Source: Lytechinus pictus
Lineage: Eukaryota
Assembly: GCF_037042905.1 (NCBI RefSeq)
Contig: NC_087251.1
Location: 31,994,001 to 32,058,000 of the forward strand
DNA length: 64,000 nucleotides
Direction of reading: 5' to 3'
Made by a program: the position numbers and the translations under genes. Positions 52,338 through 64,000 of the stretch are shown in pieces; the stretch's first letter is position 1, and every line of letters begins with the position of its first letter. Below the pieces are notes generated by a model. The model was given only the letters and a program-made list of their open reading frames with translations. It was not told where the DNA came from and ran no database searches.

Positions 52338-55300
52338 TTTATTTAGTATGATATTCAAACCTTACATATCAATGGGGAAGAAGAGGTCGAAAATTTGTCA
52401 CAAAGTCAGGTTGCACAGAAAAAATTTGGTACCTTGCATCAAAAACGGATGGCTCATTACTCATTAGCATTTCTTTTGCTCTGTGTCAATTTTTTGCCCC
52501 ACTGTGTCTGTATAAGGACGCAGACTCAAATGTGAGTTTCTGCAAAAATTGATTTTGTCAGGCCTCTATCTTTATTTGGTCTTACATGCATGCAGCATGA
52601 CCAATCCACTACATGTAGGTAATGTATTTGGTCTCAAATGATGAAGATGATATTTTAAACATTTTAATAAGAATACAGTGTAGTTCATGATCAAGATGAA
52701 TTACATCCCTGAAAATGGCTTCCTTTTTGGCCAGGGTGGGGGGGGGGTAATCCTGTATTGCAGACAATATCAAGAAAATCAATGACCCCATACAAATTTA
52801 GAGAGATCATTCTCTATCACACAAACATAATTTATTGAGTGAAAACAATCCATATTTCTACAAGAGTCTGCTGCCTTGGAAAGTTTACAATTATCTAATA
52901 TGCAAGTTGCATTATCAAAACATGCATTCTACTACAATCCTAGTAATAATACTTTTGTATTCACATTCCTAATATACACATGTACATGTATACAAGGCTC
53001 TAACTGCATATTTCAGAATAATCTTAAAAACAAATAGTAATAATTTTCTCATATTTCTTATTGACATTGCGAGCAAAGAAAGGAAACAAAAACTTTTGAT
53101 AAATAAATTTAAGCAGAAACATAAATATAAAAGCACACTTTCTATGGCATGATTGGCATTTCAACATTACACAAAACTAACAAGAACTAAATACATGTAC
53201 AATCAATATCATTAACATATTTGTGATTGAGTAACTGTGCAAATACATGTACAATTAAAAGGGTAGTAAAGACTGAAATACAGTATAAATGAAAAGAATT
53301 GAATTCAATGATTAAATTGCTGTAAATTTCATTGAAATCTGAGTTTAAAAATGAATTGAATTCAAAGTTCAGCAATGACTTGTTAAAGCAGAATCAGATC
53401 ATACATGTACATACATTGTGTCCATGCATGAATATTCAACAGGTGGGCTGAAGATGTCATGTCCCCAAATAGTGTATAACATGTAATCAATCTTTTTCAT
53501 ACATGTACATGTATCTTCAAAGATGTGAAAAATATGCCTTTTAGTTGCAACACAATACATGTATGCATGTTTCAGCAATGATTATCTTTACACATTAAAT
53601 CAGTAGTCAAATACTAGTAGTCAATCCTACATTTACATACACAGTATTTCAAAAAATTTCCAATTACATTAAAAAAAAAAACATAGTCTATGGGGAGATG
53701 ACATCAGCTCACTCATTGAATATTCATTAGGACAAACATGATATAGAACTGTATCACCCAAATAATTCATAAGTTTGAATTGTCATTTAAAAAAAATTAT
53801 GTTAAATAACATAACTGTATTTTTTAATGACAATTAAAACTTATCCTTGTCCACTTTTGATGAAATCCTGTGCTTTGTTTGTCTGATTTTACTCTCTCTG
53901 AGCAAATCACATCACTTTCAGCCTGGATTACCCTTCGGTCTTCACCATTTATACCAATGAGATGGGAGATTTGACACTTTTCATTTCCCTGGGCACACTA
54001 CAAGTACATGTTTATAAGGAAGCTGGACATTTTCCAACAATCATACAAAGTACATGTAGGTGGCAAGCCAAAATGAAAGTCTAAATCATTTCTCAAACAT
54101 TCAGAAAGTCAAAACACAGATCTATATTGAAAATTTGAGCAAGTTGCAAGTTGCAACAAAAAAAAAATCATGGGGAGTAATACATGTAGTGTATGTGTAC
54201 TTTCTTTTAAAAATGGTTATTGGAATGAGTGTTTGACCATGGACCCTCCTCAAGTCTGTTGTAAAGTCATTGAATTATCATTAAAAAGAATTACAGTAGA
54301 TTCTTCTATCTTTCCTACAATATTGAAAATTCTATCATCTACATGTACATGTATGATTGGCCCCTTTTAGAACTGGTACAAAGTATATTACCAACAGATG
54401 AAAATTGAAAACCCCATATGAAACTTAATTTTCCATCTAAATTTTGAGACAAATCGTAAACATACTACCAGTACAATATGTTGACTACATTCCATCAAAA
54501 TGCAAACGTAGACAAAAGAGACTAAGGTAGAATTTGATCATAGTATCTCTTCCATTACCTGCCTCCTGGCAAATGATATGCAAATGACAGGAAGCGATGG
54601 ATCGTAGAGAAAGCCTCATGGCTTTATTTATGGAAATGAGCTAGTGCTGGATTACTCCGAGGGATAGCGCATGAAGAAAAAAATAAGTCAAATCCTCTTG
54701 TTTATTCCATCGCTTGAAATGTAATATTCATCTCTTGATTCTCTTATTTCCGGAGTAGTGTGTCAAAACGTGAATTCCATCTATTTTGAATGATTCTTTA
54801 AAACTGGTACCTTGATGTACATGTACAGCTGCTGCTTTGTGTTTGCAATATCAAAACCCATTTTTATTTTTTTATTTCTATCCATAACATAATGCCGATG
54901 AATGATGAAATTTAAGTATGTAACTTCCACCCCCCTTTCTGTTTAGTCTGAATATTTTCTCAACTCTGAATTTCAACTCTATGGTAAGAAATGAATGGTG
55001 TAAGATGCAAAAAGATCAAGTCCTTTACCTTTACATCTTACTGAAAAAAAGAGATGTGCATGCTTTCCTAAAAGAACTGGTACCTGTACATGTATTTCAA
55101 AATTCAAATAAACAAAGTGACATGTGCAAATGTCACTACAATTACATTTTAATAGGGGAAGACTCTGCATTAATTATTCAACAACATATATTCTACTGTA
55201 TTCATTTTCATATCTGTTAAAAAAAAAAAAAAAAACTTGTGTAATTGAAACCACATTGACAATGATACCATTGCCCTGATTTTATGAACTACAGAAGGCA

Positions 55301-55481
55301 GCGTTTTCCAGTTTTATAAACAAATGGTCAGGTTACAATTATTTGCCATCTACAAAAGACAACATTGGATCATTATTTAACTTCTATATGAAGTGTAGCA
55401 ACACGATATGATTATGCATATGCAGGGAAATCTGACATTTTGGGATAATGATTTGGGATACAGATTGCAATTAAAAATTCA

Positions 55482-55594
55482 TTTTGCCTCCGACGAAGAT
55501 TCTGCTAGGATCGAAAGCTTAGGCCCCTTTTTGACTTTCTAATTTACTCCATTGGCTCTCTTTTATTAGATAAGCAGTTTTCAGCAGCTTCTTT
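55482..55594 (+). mobile_element. 113-bp insertion with 17-bp TSD carrying a minimal hammerhead-like motif (Penelope-like repeat fragment)
   Basis: TTGCAATTAAAAATTCA is duplicated at 55465-55481 and 55595-55611. The insert contains GCCT-CCGACGA-A-GATTCT-GCT-AGGATC-GAAAGCTT-AGGC. Confidence 0.6.
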
Positions 55595-58288
55595 TTGCAA
55601 TTAAAAATTCAATCAGCTTTCACACTATAGGCCTATAATTTACATTTGCACAATTACTCAAACACTTACATGTACATGTATATATGGCAAAAAATGAACT
55701 GATTTTATTTCATGATCTGTACATCTACATGTATGTAGTATGAGCTGAGATAATCAACATACATGATTGCATAATATAAAGTTAAATGTACTTTTATGTA
55801 GTTATAGATCCTGCTCACGCTACAGTAATAAGACTGGTCTTAAAAATCCAATCATAATATGGCAAATACATGATAAATTCTCTAGCAATTATGACCTGAA
55901 CTAGTCTGCTATCAAGTTCAGGGAATAATTTTACTTCTTAAATTTGATTTAATAGTACATGCATTTCTGGTTGTAAGAGAAAAACTTTCATCTATATTTT
56001 GTAAAGTCTGTTGTAAAACTACACAAAATTTCTTTGATGTATCAGTCTTTAAAAAATGTAGAGCAAATTGTGACGTGATACCAGGAAAATTATTCCTTGA
56101 AGTTTTATCAGATAAATTAAAATGAATACAGATACATGTACATACATGTAGTGTGGAATCGTGGATACATGTATGATTGTAATCATTCATAAATCTAGAA
56201 TCCACTAGATTTTAGAATGTACACTGTAAGAGACATATGCAGAATAATAACATTGAACATGTACTTGTAAAGAAAATTCAGAGAATATCAATGACTTTTC
56301 AGAATGAAAGAATAGAAATTATGTATACATGTATATTGATTTTCTTTTGGTTCAGTAATCTCCCATTTCAATTCATTTTTCTCTACTACAGACTTAAATG
56401 AAAACGAGGAGTACTCCATGCTGAAAATTGGGCCTCATATGATTTGAAGTATAAAATCAGACATACTGAAAGTTTCATTAAAATAATTTGGTGAGGAATC
56501 CATCATCCAATTCCTCATTGAATGAGGAATAGCAAATTTATGACATTTCAAAACTTTGCATTATTTTGGTGTGTTTGTTATGTGTTTCTTCATAAATATG
56601 CAATATTGTAAGCAAGCTGATGTTATCTCCCCTTTAGAAATATGAATTGTTGTTTATTTTAAGAAAATAAGAAAAGGGAAAGTGGAGACATGACTAATTG
56701 GCCTACATGTACGTACATGAACCAAATGTTCATGAAAATTAATGGCATACCATTTGCACATCGGTTTCCAAACATATTGCTGAAGTTAAAAATTCAATAA
56801 CTTCATCATTTTTATCAGATTTTTTGTTCATTTAAAGATAGCCTATAGGCCTACTCTTTAGACATTAGGATTTTCGGCCAGGGATACTGCCTGAAAAATA
56901 ATTGAATTTCATTTCATATTTAAATCAGTCACCACTACGCTGGCAACAGGGTTGGCACACTACATGTACAGTTGAGGCCAGAAGTTTACATACACCCAGG
57001 AAATTCAGAGAAAAGTTGATACTTGGCAAACATCATAAAATTTACTGTATCTTATGTAATGTTTGTGCTATCATGACAAATTTGATATCAAACAATGAGA
57101 ATATGTCATAACCCTTCATCACATTGCTTTGTCATCAAGAGCTGAAAAATATTTACATGTAGATCTGTCATTTTCCTCCAACAAATCTTCATATTTTAGA
57201 CAAATTACAAATAAAAACTTGACACAACATTTCATATTTCTGCTAGTTACCTCTTAACACAAACATTCCAGAACAGATCACACTTTTTTGTTCAGTGGTG
57301 ACATATCATGATAGAAAATGTAATATAAATCATAGATTTTACATTTTTCTATGATTCAATGAAATTTGAAAATATATTAATAACAATACATTTGGAACGA
57401 AAATTTCTTTTTTTTTCTTCAGAGAAAATTCCACCTGAAATATACTCTAATCCCAACGGCATCCCAATCATGTGAAAGAGCTTAATACACTCTTTCATTT
57501 GCTACCAAAGTTGTCATGGTAGTATATTTCTAAAGATATACTAAATTGTACAATGATTGGCAAACGAACAATTTTCAATGAATTATGTGGGTGTACATGT
57601 ATGTAAACTTTTGGCCTCAACTGCACATCTATGTGCTCTCGGGGCACTACAAGGTGAACACTGGTTATTTGTTACCTTTTGAAATACTTAGTTAATGACT
57701 TCCTCTTTACCTCCAAAAAGTTCAGGTATTTTTTACTACATACATACATTTCCCTCATTCTGTTGGAACTCCCAATTTTTTTTTTTTTTGGACAAAATAA
57801 CATGTACGTAGGCCTACATGTACATGTACTGTACAATTACATGTAATGTACATGTATGTACCGGTAATTTAGTTTACATACATGCATGTACATTTACATA
57901 CATGTAGATTGTAGGACTGCTCTATTACATGTAAATGTAGATAGGTGGTGAAAAAGTGCAAAAGCAGAAAGTACATTGTACATGTGTAATTGAATACAAT
58001 GAAGAGAAAGTGAATACTTTTAAGGGTACAAAGACTTTGAACGATGATGTGTCAGTAAGGTCTGTATACAGACATTTAGGATCATAACAAAATGGCATCC
58101 TTTACAATGAACAATTATGTAGCTGTAATATTTTTGTGTTTTTTTAAGATTAAAAATTCTAACAATTGACATCCTTTACAATGTATGTACTATACATGTA
58201 GCAAAATGACTGTAGCCTGTATGAGATACAGTACATCATTTCAAATTATCACACAATGTACAGATAAAAAAAATGACTAAGATGCACC

Positions 58289-60082
58289 TCACCTAGAGAT
58301 GCAAGTATTTGTAACAATACTTTGCTTAGCCTCTGGAATTTGAGGCATGTCAACCTCCACCCTCCTGATGCGTACACGTTGCTTGTAGTGATACTCCCTC
58401 AAGAATTCTTTCAGGCTGTTTGGCAACTTCAGGTAGCTAATGGTATCGTATGAAACATGCTGGCATACCCTTGCCCTACTGAGCTCCATCAAAGATGACG
58501 GATTGGCCCTAGGTAGTGGATTGGTCAACATTGGCTCAAAGAACATACAATAATTAGGATCCTTATAGTGCTCGAGGAGGCTACAGATGGTGTCCGAAGA
58601 ATAAACTCCTGGGTCATGAGCATCGAAGCTGAATTTGTGATTCCATTGTTCTATCCGTGCATGAAGGGTGCGTCCATACCTGCAAAAGCTGACAGAGAAG
58701 AGGAACTCTTCTTGGGCACTATCCCGCAAGAGAAATGTACCTTCTGGCTTGTTATCTAACAACATATCTGCCTCGTATCGATCGATTTTACCCCAATAGT
58801 AAGGAGACTTCATGATGTTCCACTGATCAGGGACAAGACAATGCATGTAGTCAATCTGAGTATGAACAGTACGAGGTATGAAGGTTCCTGATGGGGTCAA
58901 CGATCCATAAAGATCATAGATATCTTCTGTGGTATGTGTTGGAGCATCAACAACTTGGTAAGAGCTTGAACTTGCTTCATCGGCTTCAGGCAATGTGGTT
59001 ACTGTCATACAGGTATCTGGTACTGTTGTTCTTTGCAGACGAGCGAGTATATCAGATGCTGGTACGACTGCACCTGGGGAGATGGGTACGTGTGAATCGA
59101 TTGCAGCAACAGAAATTCCCTCCTCTATTTCCCTTTCCCTCACTGCTCTTTCGATTTCTTCTGTGCATTCAATGGGATACTTCTCTGGATCAAACTTTGC
59201 AAAATTAACAAGCGGGGATTGTCGCGATTTTCTATGCCTGCTTGAAGATGAAGACCTTCTTGTGGCTTGTTTTTTATGCTTTATCTTTTGCTTTTCTTTC
59301 TCATCAGAAGACATCGATGTGCTTTTGACTGTGATTGCATCCGCCTTGGGACTATCAGAGCTTTCGTGTGTAACATCTTCATCCTTGTGCCCAAATCGTT
59401 TCATTACCCTGCTGGTCAATGACCTTGAACGTCTCCTTGAGATTGGTAGTACATCTTCACCATCGGATTCATCGTCGCTTTTATCAGTGTGCTTCCTCCT
59501 GTCTTTTCCTCTTATACTTTTGGTTTCAAGTTTCAGTTTCGAAAATATCTGACTAGCTGCCTTACTAAACCTCTTCAGTTTTTGGCTTTGATTTTTTTGC
59601 TTGATACCGGCGTGCGATTTCCGTCTTGGTGACCCTCCAGGAGAGGTCTCTGATTCAGAGTCACTACCTTGGAGATAGTGAATTGTCTCATTGCAACATA
59701 GCAGTTCAGAATCAGGTCTGAGCTGTCTTTCACCAGGCCGACATGAACTTTCTCTTTCACTGCCGCCTCCTCTCATCTGAACAAATGCAGACTTCTTGGG
59801 TTTCACCACTGGGTCCACAACATCTTGGAGAACTGCCCTTTGCTTTGGCTCTAGCCAATGCACAGATGCCTGTGTGATGTTACTTATCTTCACGCTTTTC
59901 CTGTCTACTGTATTGACAGTGATCCCATTACCATCTGACCAAGAGGATGCAGAAGTGCTTGTTGCATTTGGAATTCCAGTCAGAGATGAAAAGTCTGTAG
60001 CTTCACAATGTAATTGTGGAGAAGAAGTTGACCGTCTTTTGGAGAGAGCAAAAAGAATTGATGCTGATGAGGCAGATGCCAT
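58289..60082 (-). CDS. SOCS5: Suppressor of cytokine signaling, SOCS4/SOCS5 subfamily, 597 aa, single coding exon
   Basis: Long low-complexity N-terminus, [15 protein letters not shown]2 domain ([42 protein letters not shown]) and a C-terminal SOCS box (SLMELSR...[14 protein letters not shown]). An in-frame stop about 20 codons upstream supports the ATG. Likely a pro-ortholog of SOCS4/5. Confidence 0.93.
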   Translation of the reverse strand: MASASSASILFALSKRRSTSSPQLHCEATDFSSLTGIPNATSTSASSWSDGNGITVNTVDRKSVKISNITQASVHWLEPKQRAVLQDVVDPVVKPKKSAFVQMRGGGSERESSCRPGERQLRPDSELLCCNETIHYLQGSDSESETSPGGSPRRKSHAGIKQKNQSQKLKRFSKAASQIFSKLKLETKSIRGKDRRKHTDKSDDESDGEDVLPISRRRSRSLTSRVMKRFGHKDEDVTHESSDSPKADAITVKSTSMSSDEKEKQKIKHKKQATRRSSSSSRHRKSRQSPLVNFAKFDPEKYPIECTEEIERAVREREIEEGISVAAIDSHVPISPGAVVPASDILARLQRTTVPDTCMTVTTLPEADEASSSSYQVVDAPTHTTEDIYDLYGSLTPSGTFIPRTVHTQIDYMHCLVPDQWNIMKSPYYWGKIDRYEADMLLDNKPEGTFLLRDSAQEEFLFSVSFCRYGRTLHARIEQWNHKFSFDAHDPGVYSSDTICSLLEHYKDPNYCMFFEPMLTNPLPRANPSSLMELSRARVCQHVSYDTISYLKLPNSLKEFLREYHYKQRVRIRRVEVDMPQIPEAKQSIVTNTCISR

Positions 60083-60974
60083 CTTTGTTTGGTTGTTAAA
60101 GCTTTTTATGTTATTGTTGAAAGTCTCGACTCTAGCTCTAGTCTAGATTCAATTTCTAACGTGTCGTTAGACAGTCGACAGGATCCAGTTCTGACTAAAG
60201 ACGTATCATGTATATGTAATTGTAATGATGTGACTCCTGACGAAAAGTTACTTTGGAAAGTTTGGACTTTGCTTCTGTGGGTCAGTACCGTAGATATAAC
60301 TGTTAGTTACTAGTGGCAATAGTGCCAGATCTATCTCTACTCTCTAGCTCTCCTTCAGTTTACTATGCGTCTAGTGACCACAAGTGCTGAAATACAAAAC
60401 CATGGAATGACCAAAGCACAGAGCTAGCTCAGCCTGCTACATCCACTGGCACAGTGTACTTGCCTCCCTGTGACTGCATTGCATTGCATGCACAACTATA
60501 GTGTAGGACGGCGATATCACATCATCAGCGAGTCGGAGAATCTGTGCCCCTGTGGCTGTGCGATAGCGAGTCTAGTCCTGCGTTTGCACATCGGATCGGG
60601 GCCTTTCTTATTATATTGAATTCACCGGCGGAGACACAATCAAATCATCTTATCCGTTCACAAAATATCCTAAGAACAGGGTAGCAAGAGTTAAAAATGT
60701 ACGATGAAACGTCATACTAGTCTCTTCTGAAAATAAACTTGTTCTAACATGCTCCACTCACTGTATCTGTGCAAACAACAAATACCTTCGTCTAGTCTTC
60801 GGTGCCTGATTCCAGCTAGCTAGCTAGCTAGCATGCACGCATAGCGCATGTGTACGTGTGTGTATGATACACGTCGTCGTGCATACGACGTCGTGTACCT
60901 GTCGTCGCAGGCATTTATGCACTGTATATTTTGAGTGTGTTCACTTATTCTTGTCTGGTCTTTTTTTTTCGTCG

Positions 60975-60997
60975 CCGAAACGGAAATAATGACGTCA
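60975..60997. promoter_or_regulatory. Candidate SOCS promoter element: GAAACGGAAA (IRF/ETS-like) adjacent to a full CRE
   Basis: CCGAAACGGAAATAATGACGTCA in a CpG-rich stretch (about 60500-61130) upstream of the SOCS ORF. Confidence 0.4.
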
Positions 60998-61335
60998 TCG
61001 AATTAATTGACCCATTTCCGCTCGCATGACCGGGTGTTCCGTACTGTGTTTTGTTCGTAGTCAGAGTCAAAGAGCAGGACCGATCGAGACTGTGACTGCA
61101 TCACTGCATGTGTACACAAAAACGGCCGTGAATGATTGATTGATTTCATTATATGAATTTCATACAAGTTCGTGAAATGAAATACTAGTAAGGAAAGGAG
61201 AAGACAAAGATCATTCGGAAATCATTTTTTTTGGTCAGAGGATCGAGTTCGATGGAAGGCCTACAGGTACAGGCTGCACTTTATATACATATGTCCCTCA
61301 GCAGAACTTTTTATTAGGATATGTGATGATGATGA

Positions 61336-64000
61336 TTTTTTTTTGTATTAAGTAGTTTTTATTGACAACTTCAATTCATATAAAAAATAAAATATATATA
61401 ACAATTAGAAGTTTGATGTCTTTACAAATTGATAAATACCTTGACAACTCATAAATTTAACATCATTTTTTTTCTTGAATGTTACAATAAAACACAATGT
61501 CAGACATCTTTCAATACGTAATTAAAAATAACATTGATGATAATAATATGCATTAAGAATTAACTTCTACAATAAATTCAACATGTTGAATTTTTTTCAG
61601 TGTCAATTAAATAAAAAACATAAAAAAGAGATTTTCCAAATACACAAAAATCATTAATAAAACCTAAACGAATTGAAGCCATCAGCATATTTTTCATCGC
61701 CTCGGCCTCTTCACTCAAATAAATTCAATCTCAACAACATACTCAGCCCTGGACCCTACCCCCCCCCCCCCCCGACCCTCCCTAAAACACCCCCATCCCC
61801 TATCGGTGGAGAACTGGCTATGGGCTCCAATAAATGGTCTAATATTTAAGTTTTCCCATTTAGAGAAATGGATTGTAAGAGTCCCCCTCTTTGTTGCTAA
61901 TTTCTTTTCTTCTCTTAATTTGATCCCCCCTGATACTATTTTTTATTTCATTCAATGAAGGAGGTTTTTTTAATTCTCGGTTTTTGTAAATAAGATATTT
62001 AACTAAAATCAAGACATGATTGATTAATTGATATCTACTTTTACTTTTCTCCTAGCTGCTTCCCGAAAAGAATTTCCTGCCAACTAAAATTTATTTCAAA
62101 ATTTAAACTTCTTGCACACAGATCCCAAAGTGATTTTGAAAATTCACAAGTATAAAATAGATGTTCATACGTTTCTTCTTCCTTTTCACAAAATGAGCAT
62201 AAATTGGTCGAAACAAGACCGAAACGGAAAAGGTGGTGGTTAGTGTATTTCCTTATTGGTAAGATCATAATTCGTTCTGATTCTATCGAAAGTAGAAGGT
62301 TTAATTTCATTTTTATTCAACAGCTGTTCGTATATTTCTTTTGATTTTAAAAACATTAAAATTAGTTGTTTTCTTACCCAAATTGAAATCGATTCCAGAG
62401 TTATGCTTTGCATTTATTTCGATATTGTTCTTCCAACTAACGGGTAAACAGGCATAAATATGCTTGATCTTTTCAACATCATTTGCATCTAAATTCAAAT
62501 TAAGAAAATGTGTATCACATTTTAGTTTACCATTATTATCCAAAATATGATGCAATTTATAAACCTCTTTATCGTATATAATCTTATCAAATATACAACT
62601 CCCTTTATATCGAATAAGCTTATTATTAAAAATCACCACTTTCCGAAACTCTTGTACTTCTATGTCTTATATTTACCCACTCTTTTAATAAGTCCATGTA
62701 AAATTTGGAAGCTGTTACTTTCAATAAACCTGGTATATAGTCACATGAAAATATCAAATCTCCACCCAAATGTTTAGTGCATGGCAAAATTAAAGTACTG
62801 TTTCCATTTCATATCTTCATCTTTATTTAAAAGTTTTTTAATCCACATTATTCGTTGTGCCTTTACCTGCACAGGAAAGTTTAACATCTTTAATCCCCCT
62901 TGCTTATATAGTCTAAAAACATTGTATTCCTAATTTTGTATACCTTTCCATAAGAAATCAAAAGTTAATTCATCCAATGATTCATAAACCCACTTAGGAA
63001 CAGGAGTAAGAGACGCTCGATAGAGGACTTTAGAATAGATATGCACCTTCAATAGTTGAATGTTCCCCATAAGCGTTATATCTCTTAGCTTCCAAAAGTT
63101 CAAGAGTGTTTTAATTTTGCTTAAGATTTCTTTATAATTTAGATCTTCTTTCTTATGTTCATCTATAGGGTGAAAAATACTCCTAAAACTTTAAGAAAAT
63201 CAACGATCTCGCCGAAGGAGAAGTCATAATCCAAATGCTGACATCAACCTAATTTTAATACTTTAGTTTTGTCATTATTTATTTTTAATCCAGAAAGTTT
63301 GTCAAAATCTGCAAATAAAACTTTTAGTCTATCAACTGATTTTACATTACGAGCAAAAACTGTCATATCATCTGCATAAAATGCTAATTTAATTCCTTCA
63401 ATCAGATTATCTTTTCGTAATTTATGAGCCATTACTTCAATATACAAAATAAAAAGGTAAGGACCTCACCCCCCCCCCCTTTTCATTTCAAAATAACCGG
63501 TGGAATTTCCTTCATTTAAAACACAACTTAGAGTGTCAGTATACAAAACTTTGACCCATCTCTGAAAGGATGTACCAAACCCAAAAGCCGTCAGAGCCTT
63601 TTGAAGAAAATGATGTGATAACGAGTCAAGGGCCTTCTCAAAATCTATAGCTATATATATAACAAAAAACCAGGTAGATTAAAATGGGATGTATGAAAAA
63701 ATAACATCATCTATATACGAATGGCCTCACCAATACTTCTACCTTGTATAACCCACCTGATCCTCCACAACGATTTCATTAAGTATTTCCTTGATTCGCT
63801 TAGCCAAAATTTTTGTTTAAATTTTGTGACGTTAAGAAGGGATATAGGTCTATAATTTTTCAATAAAAGAGGATCTTTCCCATCTTTAGCGATTAACGTA
63901 ATAACTGCTTGTTTTTGCGACGATTCCCCGGACCAATATGCCTCATTTAAGGCATCTTTAACTAAATCTCCAATATCCGGCCAAAATGTGTAGTAGAACT
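61336..64000 (-). mobile_element. Degenerate L1/Tx1-like LINE (ORF2 reverse transcriptase plus C-terminal zinc knuckle), runs off the window
   Basis: Fragments AFYADDMT (63244-63447), DFEKALDS-like (about 63625-63648) and LCSFCEKEEETYEHLFYTC (62041-62310), with multiple frameshifts. AATAAA and a poly-A tail lie on the minus strand at about 61336-61363. Confidence 0.88.

Noticed and set aside
60237..60265. CTGACGA...GAAA hammerhead-like string
   Set aside because: Stem II does not close properly against GAAA and no stem I/III is evident.
58568..60313. Plus-strand ORFs up to 185 aa overlapping SOCS
   Set aside because: Antisense shadows of the SOCS coding sequence.

Overview
This is eukaryotic (animal) genomic DNA: AT-rich, intron-rich and repeat-dense. 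The repeat style suggests a sea urchin or another marine invertebrate, which is inference only. Three complete protein-coding genes were reconstructed by hand with GT-AG junctions and consistent phases. (1) An 8-exon aldo-keto reductase (+, 521-18182, 276 aa). (2) A 13-exon ALDH6A1/methylmalonate-semialdehyde dehydrogenase (+, 30007-45181, 530 aa). (3) A SOCS4/5-like gene with a single coding exon (-, 58289-60082). A possible fourth gene starts divergently at the left edge. The rest is mostly transposon-derived: Helentron-like non-autonomous elements with internal tandem arrays, TTAA-target MITEs, hAT-like MITEs, tRNA-derived SINEs, L2/CR1-like and L1/Tx1-like LINE fragments, and several multi-layer nests with recognisable target-site duplications (TSDs). 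I see no convincing new multi-gene system. The most notable observations are a 113-bp TSD-flanked insertion carrying a minimal hammerhead-ribozyme-like motif, an AKR with an intact catalytic tetrad but an altered NADPH-binding motif (IPKS to IPMS), a dense field of TA-flanked palindromes (TACATGTA etc.) resembling transposon excision footprints, and a four-layer nested insertion in AKR intron 1.
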